Positions 12,727-27,100 of a DNA stretch of 64,000 nucleotides are shown in pieces; positions within the stretch are counted from its first letter, which is position 1; every line of letters begins with the position of its first letter. The stretch lies in the NCBI RefSeq assembly GCF_964204645.1, contig NC_134035.1:3162001-3226000 (forward strand), written 5' to 3'. Position numbers and translations under genes: made by a program. The notes under the pieces are model-generated. The model saw nothing but the letters and a program-made list of their open reading frames with translations, made no database searches and was not told where the DNA came from. Source of the stretch: Tubulanus polymorphus. Taxonomy: Eukaryota; Animalia; Nemertea.

Positions 12727-15700
12727 TCATTTCCTAAAGCTGGAACGCAGTTTTCTTCGAGGTCGCGGTTTTAACGACGTATGCGCTGATGTTTCCGCCG
12801 ATTCTGATTTCTCCGCGTCGGATGGCGGAACGATGTCGATGCGCGGCGGTGGTGCATCTGGTTTTCGAAAACTAAATGAAGAAAAAAGAAACAGACATAA
12901 GGCATCCGGTTAACTCGGTAAACTGCTCAGATCACAGCGGCTTAATGGGACATCGCTTAAACGCGGTATCCTAGGTTTCAGTAGTGTCGTGATATTTCAG
13001 ATATTTCACCGAGTTGAAAATCAGGCGAATAGAAAGTTGAAGAAAAACTGTTTTCAAAAAGGCTAATGTTCAAATTCAAGAAATTTCACAAAATTGAGGA
13101 TTTTCTCTCCTATTCAACTGGACTGAAGGAGTCTTTTTACCAATCCATCTAATTGGTGCAGAACTGGAATAATATCGGAGAGTCAGTTGTTGTCCGCGAT
13201 TTTTGGCATTCTGTTAAAACTTAAATGAGGTACGGTATGTACCCAAAAAGGTAAGCAAACTATCCCAGAAAAACTGGTCTCATCCATTAATAAATGGACA
13301 TTAGTCCCAACGCTACCATGTAAGGTGTAGTTTTCAGAGGAAATATCAAATTTCTACATTTACTAGATACTTACAGATTCTCGGTTGGCATCGTAAACAG
13401 TATATCAGGCTCTGTAGTATCAATCGCTGTATTATCAGATCGCAGGTTCCTTCTCTTCGAAGCGATTACGCTTCTTTTACCTGACCGAAATAAAATCAGA
13501 AAAATATTTTTTCAAAACAAATTACTTAAAATATTTCAAAATGCTGGCCCACAACTGGAAATCGAAAGCTACGGTCCATGAACCTGGTGAATTAAACATG
13601 CTGGGCTGGGGCCAGTTCACTCAAAAGTTGGTTTAAGATAACCGGCGGATAAATATCATAGTGACGACGAACTTCTATTTGTCACTATGTCAACTATCCA
13701 CTGGTTAACTCTAACCAACTTTTGAGCAACTGGCTCCTGGTACTGGTAGATCCTGTATTTTTACCTTTAGGTTTACGGGTAGTAGTCGGTATAGGTGAAA
13801 CTCCGATGTCCCCTTGATAGAACGTGATATTGTCTATAGAGCGATGTGGAGTACTTATTGCACGTAATACATTGTTGACCGGCGGCACTGTCAGCGTCTG
13901 TAACGCGGGACTCTGAAACCAACGAAAAATACAAAGGTTAAATGGGAACAATTGATGCAAACATCAATCTGCAGCCTGGCACCAAACCCTCACATATTCA
14001 TCCCTATATTGTTAAGTTTTGACGGTTAATTTTTTTACAAAGTGCGCTGATAAAATGTCTAATGTCCGGTGTTTATAGTTCATTTTCAATCAAAAATGTC
14101 TTTGGTGAAGTCCTAAACACATGTGAAGTGTGGATGATCAGTTTTTGAGAAAGTGCGCTGATAAAATGTCTGATGTCAGGTGTTTGTAGTTCATTTGCAA
14201 ATCAGAAATATCTCAGGTGAAGTTCTGAACACATGTGAAGTGTAAACGATCAGCTTATAAAAGTTTGCTGATAAAATGGCTAATGTCCAAGGAATGTCTT
14301 TTGAAGTCTATGAAAAATGTCTGAGGCAAGGTCTTGAACATAAGTGAAGTGTGGAAAATCAAAAATAAAATCTATAATCAAAGGATTTTACGATATATAT
14401 TTTACCAGTGGTTCAGATGATGGTTCGTTTATAGCTGTAGTCATCCCTGGGTTGTCATTATTTACGAGTGGACTGCGATCATTCGTTGTCCCCGGGTTGG
14501 CGTTATTTACGAGCGGACTGCGTTCGTTCATTGCGCCATGATTCATCGGTGCTGCTGCCGCCGTTGGTGAATTGCGTATCTCCGTCAATCGTTTGGCCTC
14601 TTCGACGGCCTTCTTAGCAGACGTGATCAGCTCGGCCGCCGATACCGAGGATCTGTAAATTAAACAGAGTAAAATTCACTCACAGGGAATGATCAAATCA
14701 ACGCAGCTAATATTGAGATTCATACGAAAAAAGAAAAGGGTAACTGCCACTTCTTTTTGACTCGCTTTTTCTCTGATTATTCCCCTGACATACTGTTGTT
14801 TTCCCTGACTTGATCTGCTTAGAATGCAATCAATTAACACACTCAAATAAGGAAGACATAGATGCAAACTGTTTGATTTCACGCCCGATCTAGCAATCTG
14901 AAAATTTCCCTGATTTTCAGCTTTATTTCAAAATTCCCTGACTATTCCTTGACTTTTTTCAAGAAAAGAAATTTCTCTGATTTTCGAGTAAGCGGCCACA
15001 CTGAAGAACGCTCGCAATGAACTGTGTACTGTTCAACATCGCACACAATATACCTTCGCCTCGAATTCGCCGCATTGAGTAAGTTCAGAATAGGTGGCTG
15101 TATAGCGAGCGAGTTCCGCGCCACTTGATCAGTTACAGGTGAATTCGTTCTGGCGTCCGCTGTCTGCAAAGATAAACAAACACTCTCTAATTCGGACCAA
15201 AAATATCCGACGCATTATCCATTCAAATCTTCCAACTCTAGTAGTAGATTTTACATAACATATTCCGTAGTTTTTGTTCATACAAACACGAACCTTAGCG
15301 GCCTCTTCGGCTTTACGTTGTGCGTTCAGACGATCTTGCTCGAATCGTTGCAAATCGTATTCGATTTCTTCGGCTAATTGTTTATCGGCCGACAAAATAT
15401 CTACAGTAATAAATATATACATGAACGATATGAAAATTATTTCGCGTATGAATTTTTACCGGTACTAGAAATGTACTTAGGCTCATGAAATGTGTATATC
15501 ATCCACACGGCTTTCTTTATCTAAGTAACAATCATATCAATTATGTAGGACCTCTAGATGTCAAAGCAAAATTTGTCAAAAATCTTGTACATATATTGAT
15601 GAATAAATTATATCAAATCATATTATTTGCGATCAGTTACTTCATGTTTCAAATGAGGACAACAAATTCAAACTTAACCGATTTAAGCTTAAACTTTATT

Positions 15701-18700
15701 CGGGAAACTTTTCACCAATCCACAGCAGACGATATCTTTTACTCACCTTTCACTTCGTTTTTGTAGTCTTTCATCAGTTCTTGCAAAAAGTTCATCAAAT
15801 CTTTCAACAGTGGTGAACGCTGCTTCTCGCACTGAAAAAAAAAATAGATAGACTTAAAACTATTTTCGGATTAAGCCATGATCGTGCAACTAGGCGTGAG
15901 TGATTACCATATGTTTGAGAGCTATAGCGATAGGAACGATGTTTTCGATGACGTTTTTCTTCACCACCTGAGTGATGATGTTTTTCTTCGCGGTGGCCAC
16001 GACAGCCTCGGCCAACTCTTGTTGTTCCTCTAGGTCGTCGCCCGTTTTGTGACGTAACGTCGATAGTTTAATCTCCTGTAATCGAAAAAAACGTGGACGA
16101 GATGAATGAATTAAGCAGGTTCTTTGTTTGTAGCTAGAATTTCTCACTTCTACAGGGTCCCTACTACAGATCAGTCATTCCTGAATATACCCGAAGTTTT
16201 CAAGGAGTTTTCTCAAGGAGAAAACTTCAAATTACCGTCGACTGATTAAACCCTAAATTATCTAATTAAACTGTTTCTAATTTTTTTAACCACCTAATTG
16301 GGTAAAAACGAATCCTGGTCCCAACACTACTGATTTAGGCGTAGTTTACTGTACAACTTCAAACTAAATAGAAATTTCAAATTGCCTATTTCTGAAAAAT
16401 GAGTTTTAAAGGAGTTTCTGACATTCTGCTCAAATTAAAGGAGTTTCAAGCACCTTAAAACGCATTTCCCGTTTAGGAGGAGTTTTTTCAGGAATTGAGG
16501 AGTTATAGGAACCCCGTTGAAGCACATCACTGAATCCGAACGAACGGAAAAATATCCACAATACCTTGCAGCAGAGAATCGATAACGAGTCTTGTAGAAG
16601 AGGTAAAGATTTGTCGTCGAACGGGATGATCTCGTCGACGACGCCGCCGAGAATCTCGCTCGTGATTTTAGCCGTCAACTGGAACCGGTGATGATCTTGC
16701 AAGTTTTCCAATAGAAATCGATAGATCGCGTGACGTTTCCTGCGGTGAAAAATCATAAACAATACTCGTTTTAATTAAACCGAATCCCGCAATTGAAGAG
16801 AGAAAATTTGGAAAATTCAAATATTAAAAATGTATATACGCCCAATGAGTTTCAGCTGTTGTATTTGAATTTTATATTGCATGTAATGATAAATATTGTA
16901 ACACTCTCTTAGTTTATCTATCCTTGTAATACTTCATTGTAATTCATTTCGAAATAAAGATGATGAAATGAAATGTTTTCTCACTCATAAATACTTATAC
17001 AGTAGACTCTGCCTATAGTGGTAGCACCAGGATCAGCAAAATGTTACTGGTGATACTGCATATCATTTTCACAAAGCGTCGCCATACAAAAACACGCTCT
17101 AGGCAGATATCCCCCGCTTTTCTCTGACAGAGATTCACAGAGAATCAAGCCCAAATCCTGCGTGGCCCGATATTCCGATAAAACTTACTTCGAATTTTCA
17201 GGTCCCTTTAACGAAAACAACTCTTTGTCTCGGTCGATTTGAGGGAATTTGTTATAACCTATATGATACAATAGACGATATTGAAAATAAAGACATATCT
17301 TTCATGCCGAAAATACGAAAGACAGAAGAGGCGCAAAACTCTCTGGGGCCGGTTGCTCAAAAGTTGGTTCGAGATTATCGACGGATAAATGCCATAGTAA
17401 GAATGTACTTTTGATTGTCACCGCCAACTATCCACTGGTATCTTTAACCAAATAATAAGCAACAGGTTCCTGGTGGTTGGACAAAGTTCTTATTGTTACT
17501 ACTTACTCATATGATCTTCGTACGAATTGAAATGAAATATACATTCGATGAAATGCTGGAAGAACATGTTCGGATTCCTGGGCAACAGCAGGTCGACCAG
17601 ACAGAACTTGGCTGCAAAAGAAAAATTTGTTAAAAACCTCTCGCTCTTTCCCTGACTATTCCCCAGGAGTTGTTTTCCCTGACTTGATTTGCTAAGAATC
17701 CAATCAATTAACACAGTCAAATACTAAGACATAGACGGAAACTGTTTGATTTTATGCACGAACGAAGAATCTCAACAAATTTTCCAGACTTTTCTCTGAA
17801 TTCTAGCTTTTCAAAAAATTATGTGGCTATTTCTTGACTCTTTTTAAGACAAGAAAATTCCTTGACTTACGGGTAAGTGGCAAGGCTGTAGTATACATGC
17901 AAGGTATAACTCCCCCTATATCTGATGATAAAAAAAGTTTTACTCACCAAACTTTTCAATCTCCGAATGATCATCAACCACCGTCGAAATGAAACGGAAA
18001 AACAGCAAACTTTTCCATTTCAAATAATCTTCCTAAAAACATACAGAAACAATAGAAACATAGGCACAAATCACCAAATCTATAAACCTATCCCTATGTA
18101 ACAACTAGCAGCTGGAAAACTTACTTGCAGTAAATGAGTCAACAATGTTAGAGTCTGTTTACGAATCAGTGGACTCGGATCTTTAACGCATGAAGCTATA
18201 TTCGATATATATCTGTCAGTGAGGGTCGTGTATCTACAGAAAATACATAGAAATAAATATACGAAGAGTTTTAGCAAATTTATCAAACTCGGGATCCAGA
18301 AGCGCAATCGCATAGTGACTCTAGTCCAAAAATGATCTTCAATCTAAAGCTGTAGATTTGGTATAACACCAAAATGTTTAGTTGTTATAATAGCAATTCA
18401 AAATTCATACACTGAAAGCTGGGTCATATCATTAAGATTGGTAACAGAACCAAAACCAAAATGAGTTTTAGACTGTTCTTAATTTATTGGAAATAGAACC
18501 AAAATAAGCTTTGGTTAAAGAACCAAATGAGCTTAGACTGGTCTTAAGTTGTTAGATCAGTAATGGAACCAATAATATGAGCTTAGACTGGTCTTAAGTT
18601 GTTAGATTGGTTTTAGAACAAAAATGAGCTAAAACCAACCTAGCCTCACAGATAACCAAGTCTTTTTCCCGAGGACTATCGAAAACCGTTCAAGCAAATT

Positions 18701-21700
18701 TCAAAGGCCGCAGCGATCACGCGTACCTGACACAGAAATCGCATAGAATAATGACGATATTATTACGTATCGGAATGTCTTGACACGTTTCTAGTTCTCG
18801 AGCCATCGCGGCGATCGATTTCTTCGCCAGACTTTCGTTTTGAAGACACAATTTTCCTGCAAATAGAATCGACGAAAAGAGAATGAAACCACAGAAGAAA
18901 TAACTACAACGATTCGGAAAGAATCGACCGAGTCAATTTTTAAGACTTAATGTTTCTAACTGTTAAACAATTAAAACATGAAAAGTGAACAAGGTGGCCA
19001 CATTCACTTGACTCGCTTTTTCCCTGACTATTCCCCGACATTAATGAATCTGCTAAGAATCCAATCAATTAACACAAGTCGAATACATAAAGCATAGATG
19101 GAAGCTGTTTGATTTTACACGTGATCTAAAAATCTCTCAACAGAATTCAGATTTCGAAGAATTTTCGCTTCTGTTTCGTCTTTTTTTTCGTACCTAAAGT
19201 AACGAACGCGTGCGCGCGAATCGTCGTCGACATTTTCGATCCGGAGAACTGCGATAAAACCTGCGTGTAGCCTTGGCTGAAACCTTGCGAAGATTTCTGC
19301 GATAACACGTCTTGGTTTGACGGAACAGCCAGCGTCTGTTGACTGAGCGACTGTTGCTGCTGCTGGTGTTCGCTGCTTTCAGCAGGCTGTGAATTACTAC
19401 TGCATTCCTCTGTAAAACAAAACTGCTGTGAATATTTCAACGAATTGAGTATCAGGGAAACGGATGATTTTTTTAGTCGAATTCATCGAGTTGACCAGTT
19501 CTGAGAAAGGAAATACAGTAAATTGCGCCTTAAACGGTAGCTTTGGTACTGTATATATTTCACCAAGTCGGTCGGAAAATACTGCAGGTTTTTCCATATA
19601 AATCTCCTGTGTTATTCATACTGACTTGAGAATGGTTTACCAAGTCGACTGAGGTACTGAGTGAAGCAAAGTCTACTGTAATTCACAAGAGAAATCCTGC
19701 AATAATTCAGTAAAAGATGTAAAGTTCTTGAGAAAAAGAGTTCATATTTTGAGCAACGTTTCGGTTGAAGACTATTAGCCATTGTCAGGCGTATTGATGA
19801 TGGCTAATAGTCTTTAGCTGAAACGTACTTCAAAATATATACTCTTATACTCTACTCTACATTTTTAGCTAAATAATTGTGAAATATCTCTCATAAATTC
19901 ATCCTACGCGGATATTGTCTTTCTTCTTTACTTATCTAGTGTAATTTCTCGAGGGGATGGTTCTTTCCATTGAACAATCAGTATTTTTCAGTATTTCTAA
20001 GGGGAGTTGAGAGAAATAAAAGAAAGCGTCTTACCGATACACGGAGCCGCTACTAAACTGATAACTAACATCGCTATACGACGAGGCGTACTAGTCGGAC
20101 ATAGCTGACATAATTCACCAACGGTGAATAAATGTTTAATTATCAGATCTTCGTTCAACGCGGCATCAGCTAGAAAAACAACCAAACAACGCGAATAAAT
20201 AAACATTAACTGATCTTCTGCAGGTTTATTGTATTGATGCAGGTGTCAATCAGCAGCCTGGAAACGCCCCATTAAGACACTTCTTTTATCTGGACTACTT
20301 GGAAGAACATGTAATACGTCTGCGGGTGTTGGTTCCAGGGTGAGGATTGATACAATAAGACCTATGTAACGTACCGGGATTTTCGGCGAGGATCACACCG
20401 GACAAATAACCATCGGAAACTTTCAACAAATCAGAGCACCATTTACCGATCTCTTCTCTCGCTTTACTCACATCACCGTACTTAGCATTATACAACTACG
20501 AAAAGGAAAGTAACAAAATTTACTAATTTTAAGATTTGTATCATCTACAAACAGACTGATTAGCTAGTCTCACCGGGTGGTTGGTTATCAATTACGATAA
20601 CAATTTTTAAAAAAGTATGTAGTACGCACAAGATACGTAAATGTGAATTCATCAAAATGACTCAACCCGCTGAGCACCACTGAGCTTTCCCAACTCAACA
20701 AGCCTCACTGCTTGAGCATTAGATGGTGGCTTGAAACCACTTTTTATATGTATGGACACATTTAATATGTTAGACTGGTACGCCATAAGGAAGTACGAAC
20801 AGTGAGTCTGAACAGCATCCAATATTAACCTACTTTAGACAACGTATAGCTATATGTAAGAGAAATGATAATGATATACAATAGACCCATTGATTAAAGC
20901 TAGATGGTCAACACGATGAGTGATACATAAATAGGTCACACAAAATTTATAAATGACCATCTTTTGTTGTATTATGTGATGATCTCAATACAATGAAGTA
21001 TCTCTTTCTTATGAAGTTGAAAATGTTGAAAAGCAAAAGGCATCGAAAAAATTACGTACTTTAGACAACGTAGAAACCATTGTAGAGATGAGTTCCGGCG
21101 GCGAGTCAAACTGAGACAAATTATGCTGTAAATTATCTAAAAAACACGAAATAAAATCGATGCACGAGATGTAATTTTTTTCAGCAGTGTTTCAGTTTTT
21201 CTATACGCATATTTATCAAGAAGCACGCGTGCGTACCTATGAGGTTTTGACACGTTTGCGCGGACACGTGTTTAGCCATCGAGCCGAGCACGAGTAAAAC
21301 ACGATTAAGCGTCGGAAAATCATTATCTGAAAAAAAAAGCCTACATTAATGAGTTGAATTGACAATGCAGGGGAATCAACTGTCTAGAACCTGCACCCCT
21401 CAGACAATCAATGTCCTTTTTATCAGTCAGCCACTTTCTTTTTCATCCAAGCTACTGTATATCTCGGTTCTGGACCTCAAGCATTTCATATTACGAACTT
21501 AAGAACATACGGACTTCAAACCCCAGAAAATGCTGTGAGTTAAGATTTGACCCCCCGGGTTAAAACATAGGAAATTAACAAATTTTTACTCTAAGAATCA
21601 AACTACGAGATAACTATGGAACTAGATGCAGACATTAGTTATTTTATTGACACGCTTTCAAAAAGTGATTGCCCTATGTTTACCCTACGACGGTGAATGT

Positions 21701-24122
21701 CTGAAAGGGTTTCAGATTGATACCGGTAAATGCCGATATTATGTACATACCCGACAGGTTGTTAGCGATATTGTTCCAGTAATCTATAATCGGATCGGTG
21801 TCGACGTTCGTTTGCGAAATCGCTGGAGCCAATTCCGATAGTAACATCCACGCCGCCTTTAATAATAATGTAAATCCATCGGTTACTGATGAGAACTCAA
21901 TTCATACATTTAGATAATCGTTCAAAGAGTCAATATAATTAGTGATTAGTGACAACTAGTCTATACAGGGTGACCACAGTCGCTGCACTCAGAAATTCCC
22001 TGTGTTTTCGCAGTAAAAACAGAACTTTCCCTGTGACGATTGATAGAATACTATATCCGTGTTGACGCGATGTAGAGAGAATCCCACAATTATAACGAAA
22101 AAGTCTGAAAATGTAACCTTATTCCTGAAGATAACTATTAGGATATAGTCGAAACGTTGAATAAACTACTATCTCAAAGTGACATTTTCGGACTTTTTCC
22201 TTATCATTGTGGGATTCTCTCTACAACTTTCCCTGTGTTCTGATGAACATCAATAGGAAAGACAAGAGAGCTGTTATCTTCATAAGGCGATAACATTTAT
22301 AATCGCGCATAACCCGGGTGACAGTGAGGCTCAGTACTTACATTATTGTTCGCAGTATCAATGTGAGTTATAAGCGATTTCATCAAACCGCGGCGGAACA
22401 TTGATTTCTTCGCCATCAAATTGAAAGCTTTCTGTAAATATCGCCTGTTAGAAACACACACACACACACAAAATTATAGGAAATTAGATATATTATCAGA
22501 AACAAACAATTCTCCATTTACAAATCCCTCTGAGTTATGCACAAAATTCCCTGAGCAAATCTACTGCAAGTGAATGGAGAAATCCTATGTTAAGATTCAT
22601 TCATGATTCATCAATCGAGTATTGATAAAGAAACGTGTGGTCAATAGCATTATCCAAATTCCCTGAGCGAATCTGTTGCAGGTGAATGGAGAAATCTCAT
22701 GTTAAGATTTATTCATGATTCATCAATCGAGTATCGATAAAGAAACGTGTGGTCAATAGCATTATCGGAATTCCCCGAGTTTTCCAGGTTTTTTTGGCAA
22801 AATCCATCGAAAAAGTTTTCCCTGAATGTTTCCCTGAACTTTTCTGACTTTTCTGAACTTTCTTGAGTTTTCCAGATTTTCCCGGTCAGTGGACATCCCG
22901 ATTATAGTTACCATTCGGTACATACCTCAGTTCGGTGCCCTTTACGGTCGCGACAGTATCGGTCATCTGCCAGGCGGCTGTGTTCATCTTAGCGCTCGAC
23001 TGTTTATACGCAACGATATTCTCCAACAAGACGATCTGCAAATAGTCTAAACACTTCTCGACAATACTGGACTCACGGTCCATGACCAACGGCAAAACAC
23101 CATCCAACCACGCCCTAAAAATCATCAAGATTATCATTATCATTTATATTATTATTATTATTATCATCATCTAATTTCATAATATCTATTGTTAACTACA
23201 TGTAATTGTTTTTAAGTACTAGTATTGAGTATTCATGGATGTTTGCCTTTGATTCTAATCTTTTTGGAACACGCAACCCACCATCATTTGGCACGGTTTC
23301 TAGACTTGAGGGTGTCCTCTCAATAAAGTACACTTTGTAATTATGTACACCACCATATAATATTTATTGAGAAATAAAATTAATTAACTCACTCAAGTTT
23401 ATAGCATACGCTCAATACAGAGCACAAAAAGTTCTTTACAGAGAAATGGCTTACCACTGGAAGTCGGGATTTTCGGGATAGATGAGCAAGATTTCCGTGA
23501 GAGATTGCATAGCTTGTTTACGAACGCTGAGACCGGGATCCAAACATCGACCGTGAATCGTCATCAAGTCCTACAGAGAAACGATGAGAATTTTACCAGC
23601 GAAAATCAAGCGTTTTGCTATTTTTAATTACGTGAAGCGCGAATATTTGAAGATTTTCTCTGCACATGAAATCTTGCAAGGACTGCCGGAAAACAAGGGT
23701 GAAATTTGTGCTGAATTAAATGCAAATGATGGAAAAGGAAACCGATTGTTTGATACTGTTAGATCGAAAATCAAGACGGAAATTACAAGAAAATCTTTCT
23801 GGAGAAATAAATAGTAGACATTTTGGAATCAACTGCTCTAGATTATAATATAATATAATTTATTTTTCATCATTATGTCATGCAGGATACAATATAGGAG
23901 TTAAACATTGTTTTTACAGACATAAGATGAGGGACACAGTGCGAGCCTAGGGCTGTACTTATAATTACTAAGGCACTGTGCCCACGTGCATTATGTGCAG
24001 GGTGCAATACAAATAGATATATACGTCACTTTATAATATATGAATATCGTTAACATTATAATATTCATCCATATTCATAATGATAAGAAGGATTATAATA
24101 CTTATTGATTATAATAATAATA

Positions 24123-24167
<45 letters not shown>

Positions 24168-27100
24168 TTAAAAAATTAAGATAAGATAGTTTAGATTAAG
24201 TTAGTTTAACCGCGCATGAAGCTGATATTAAGATGACATGAAGCTGATTTCGTCACTTACTTCTTTATTGAACGACAATGCGCAGAGTTTGATGATATTT
24301 TCCAGAGCTTGTACGGCGGACTTTCGCACGAACACCTTCGCGTCTAACGCTCGTCGACGAAGCATCGAGACGACGCCCTCTCCGTCTTCAAGGGCTGGAA
24401 ATATATTATAACAAGACTGAGAGAATATCCAAAGAATTCATTCGACAAGTTGAGGCTGATAGAATTCAAATGAGTTATTAAGCAAGATTAACACAGTGGC
24501 CACTTTCCACCCATTTACAAATTCCCAGATTTTTCCATGTGATAACGTCCGGTACACAAAATTCCCTCAGAGTGCATCAGAGAAATTTCTAACCTAGTAT
24601 CAAAAAGTTACAATTCATTCATTTTTCATTGAATCACGTATTGATAAAGAAACACGTGGTCAATATTCATTCAATATTCATGGCTTTATCCGAATTCCTT
24701 GAGTTTTCCAGGTTTTTGCTAAGATAAGCCAAATTCCCTTAATTGTTTCTAGATTTCGCCGATTCCCTGAATTTTCCTGGTTAGTGGTCACCCTGTGTAA
24801 TTGGAAATTTATGAAATTTGATGGAAAAAGTGGCCTATTTTTCGAAAGTCAATTGCTATATCATCGGCAGAATTAATCAGTTATCAAGGTGGGTAAGATC
24901 GACTTCGCATTTTAATCGTACATCAAACAAATCAAATCAGTTCTACAGTCTCAGGCAAAAACATAAACGGTTCTAAAAAACCAGTAACAGAAACGAAATT
25001 TCCTAGAAACTGTACTCACTAAGATTATTCATGACGACAAGTTGTACAGTACCCGGTGTAACGACAGGAGTTCCATCTTCACCGACCGTCATTGATTGCG
25101 TCATCTGACCGGTTATTGCCATTTGTTCGGCCGCTGTTTTGTCGGAGTTTGTTCGATCGCGATTCTCATCGTTTTCCATATCGACCACGGGATCGTTTTC
25201 TGAAAGATACAGGCGATCAGAATAACAAAATACAGAAGGTCTTTCACAAAATAAGCTGGCTAAAAATAAACTTAGAATGACAGTTTTCAGGTACTATACG
25301 ACTTGATTGAGTTACCTCGTATGTAACTGAAAACACAGTCAAACTCACTGAGGTTTTAGTAGTAGGAATGATCATTACAAACTTGGACTCCAATACAATA
25401 CAAATACAAATTTGGATTGAAAACGTACCCCCTAACCCTTTCAGTCCTGACAAGTTCTTACGCTAAAGTTATAGAGATCATTTATAAATTTAGGAAAATT
25501 AAATAGGTTGTTTAACAGGCATATTGCTAGCGTCTACACCGCTGTATTGTTAGTTACTAATATTTCACTCTGCTTGACAGGTTCTTTCAATAGAGATTGA
25601 AGCTGATAGTTAGTAACATCAATTCGTGGCAACGTAGCATATTAGCAAAGTCCATCGTCGATTTATACACGACATTGCAGTGTCTATGTACCGGAAGGGT
25701 TAAGCAATGCGACCTCAATCCGATGAACAATCTAAGCGAGTAAAATACATACCGCTGCCTGCGTTGCTCGGTATCAATTCTTTATTCAATTGCGGTGTTA
25801 GAATGAGTCTAGTTTGAGGAGGTCTAGCCACGACCGCCGGTGTAATAACCTGCTGCACGGTCCGAGCGATCGACGAGTCGACATTCGATATACAATTCGA
25901 AAACATCGATATCGCTTTACTGCGTACCCTATCAAAATAAAAATCAGAGACAATCAGCACCTGCGCGCCTGGACCCAGTTCCACAGTTGTGAGTTAGAGT
26001 TAACTCTGAGTTAAAGTTAGTTCATTTTCAATGTTTTCACCCAGAGTCAAATCTTAACTCAGAACTGTGGAACTGGACCCTGCTGTTTAACATTCAGTTT
26101 TACCAATTGACCAAAAAACCTCTGTCACCATCAGACAAGTCTGGGACTCGTGGCTCAAAAGTTGGTTAGAGTTAACCAGCCGATTATTGACATACCGGTA
26201 GTGACAATTAAAAGTTTGTTGTTACTATAGTATTTATCTGCTGGTTATCTTTAACCAACTTATGAGCAACTGGCCCGGACCCAGTTCCACAGTTGTGAGT
26301 TAGAGTTAACTCTGAGTTAAAGTTAGTTCATTTTCGATGAGTTAACTCAGAGTTAATCTTAACTCACAACAGTGGAACTGGGTCCCGATGTTTTGGATTA
26401 GCTATAGAACAAAGGAGTAACTAGTGACTTCTGAATTCTATTGAGTTAAATTCTGACTCAAGAGCTAAAACCAGTTCATTACAAATGCTTCCACTCAATA
26501 TAAATAGAATCCTACAATAATAATGAATACTATATAGTCGAAATATAGAATATAGTCGAAATGTTGAATGCATAACTAGCTCAGACTTTATATAATTTTT
26601 CGTAATTACCGTGGGATTCTCTTTATATCATCTCACAACACGGATAGTGTCTTATTAACGGTGATTTGAATATCAAACTCTAAAACCTGTGGCAGACTTG
26701 GGGCAAATTTGCCAAGTCAGTCGCAAGCTTAAGACTCAAACTGTGGAACCGATGTAAGTAAACAAACGCATGCGTACACGGAAGAAATGTCCGAACAGCG
26801 GCAGATCAACGTTTTCAGCAGATACGTGTGCAAACAAAACCGTCGCATTTCAATCGGTATCGAATCTACAAATAAATAAATAACATCAAATCGCGAAATT
26901 AGTTGAAAAAAAAAACAAAACTTCCAGCGAAATGAAAACGATATGAATCTACAATCCGGATTGCTCGTACCGTCGATTTGACGTTGCGGTTGCGTTAATA
27001 TCATTCCGATCAGATCGATAACGAACACGCGCGTCGACGTCTTCTCGTTGCGCGACAATCTCTGAAACCACTCCATTAACTTTGCGTACGCCGAACTCGA

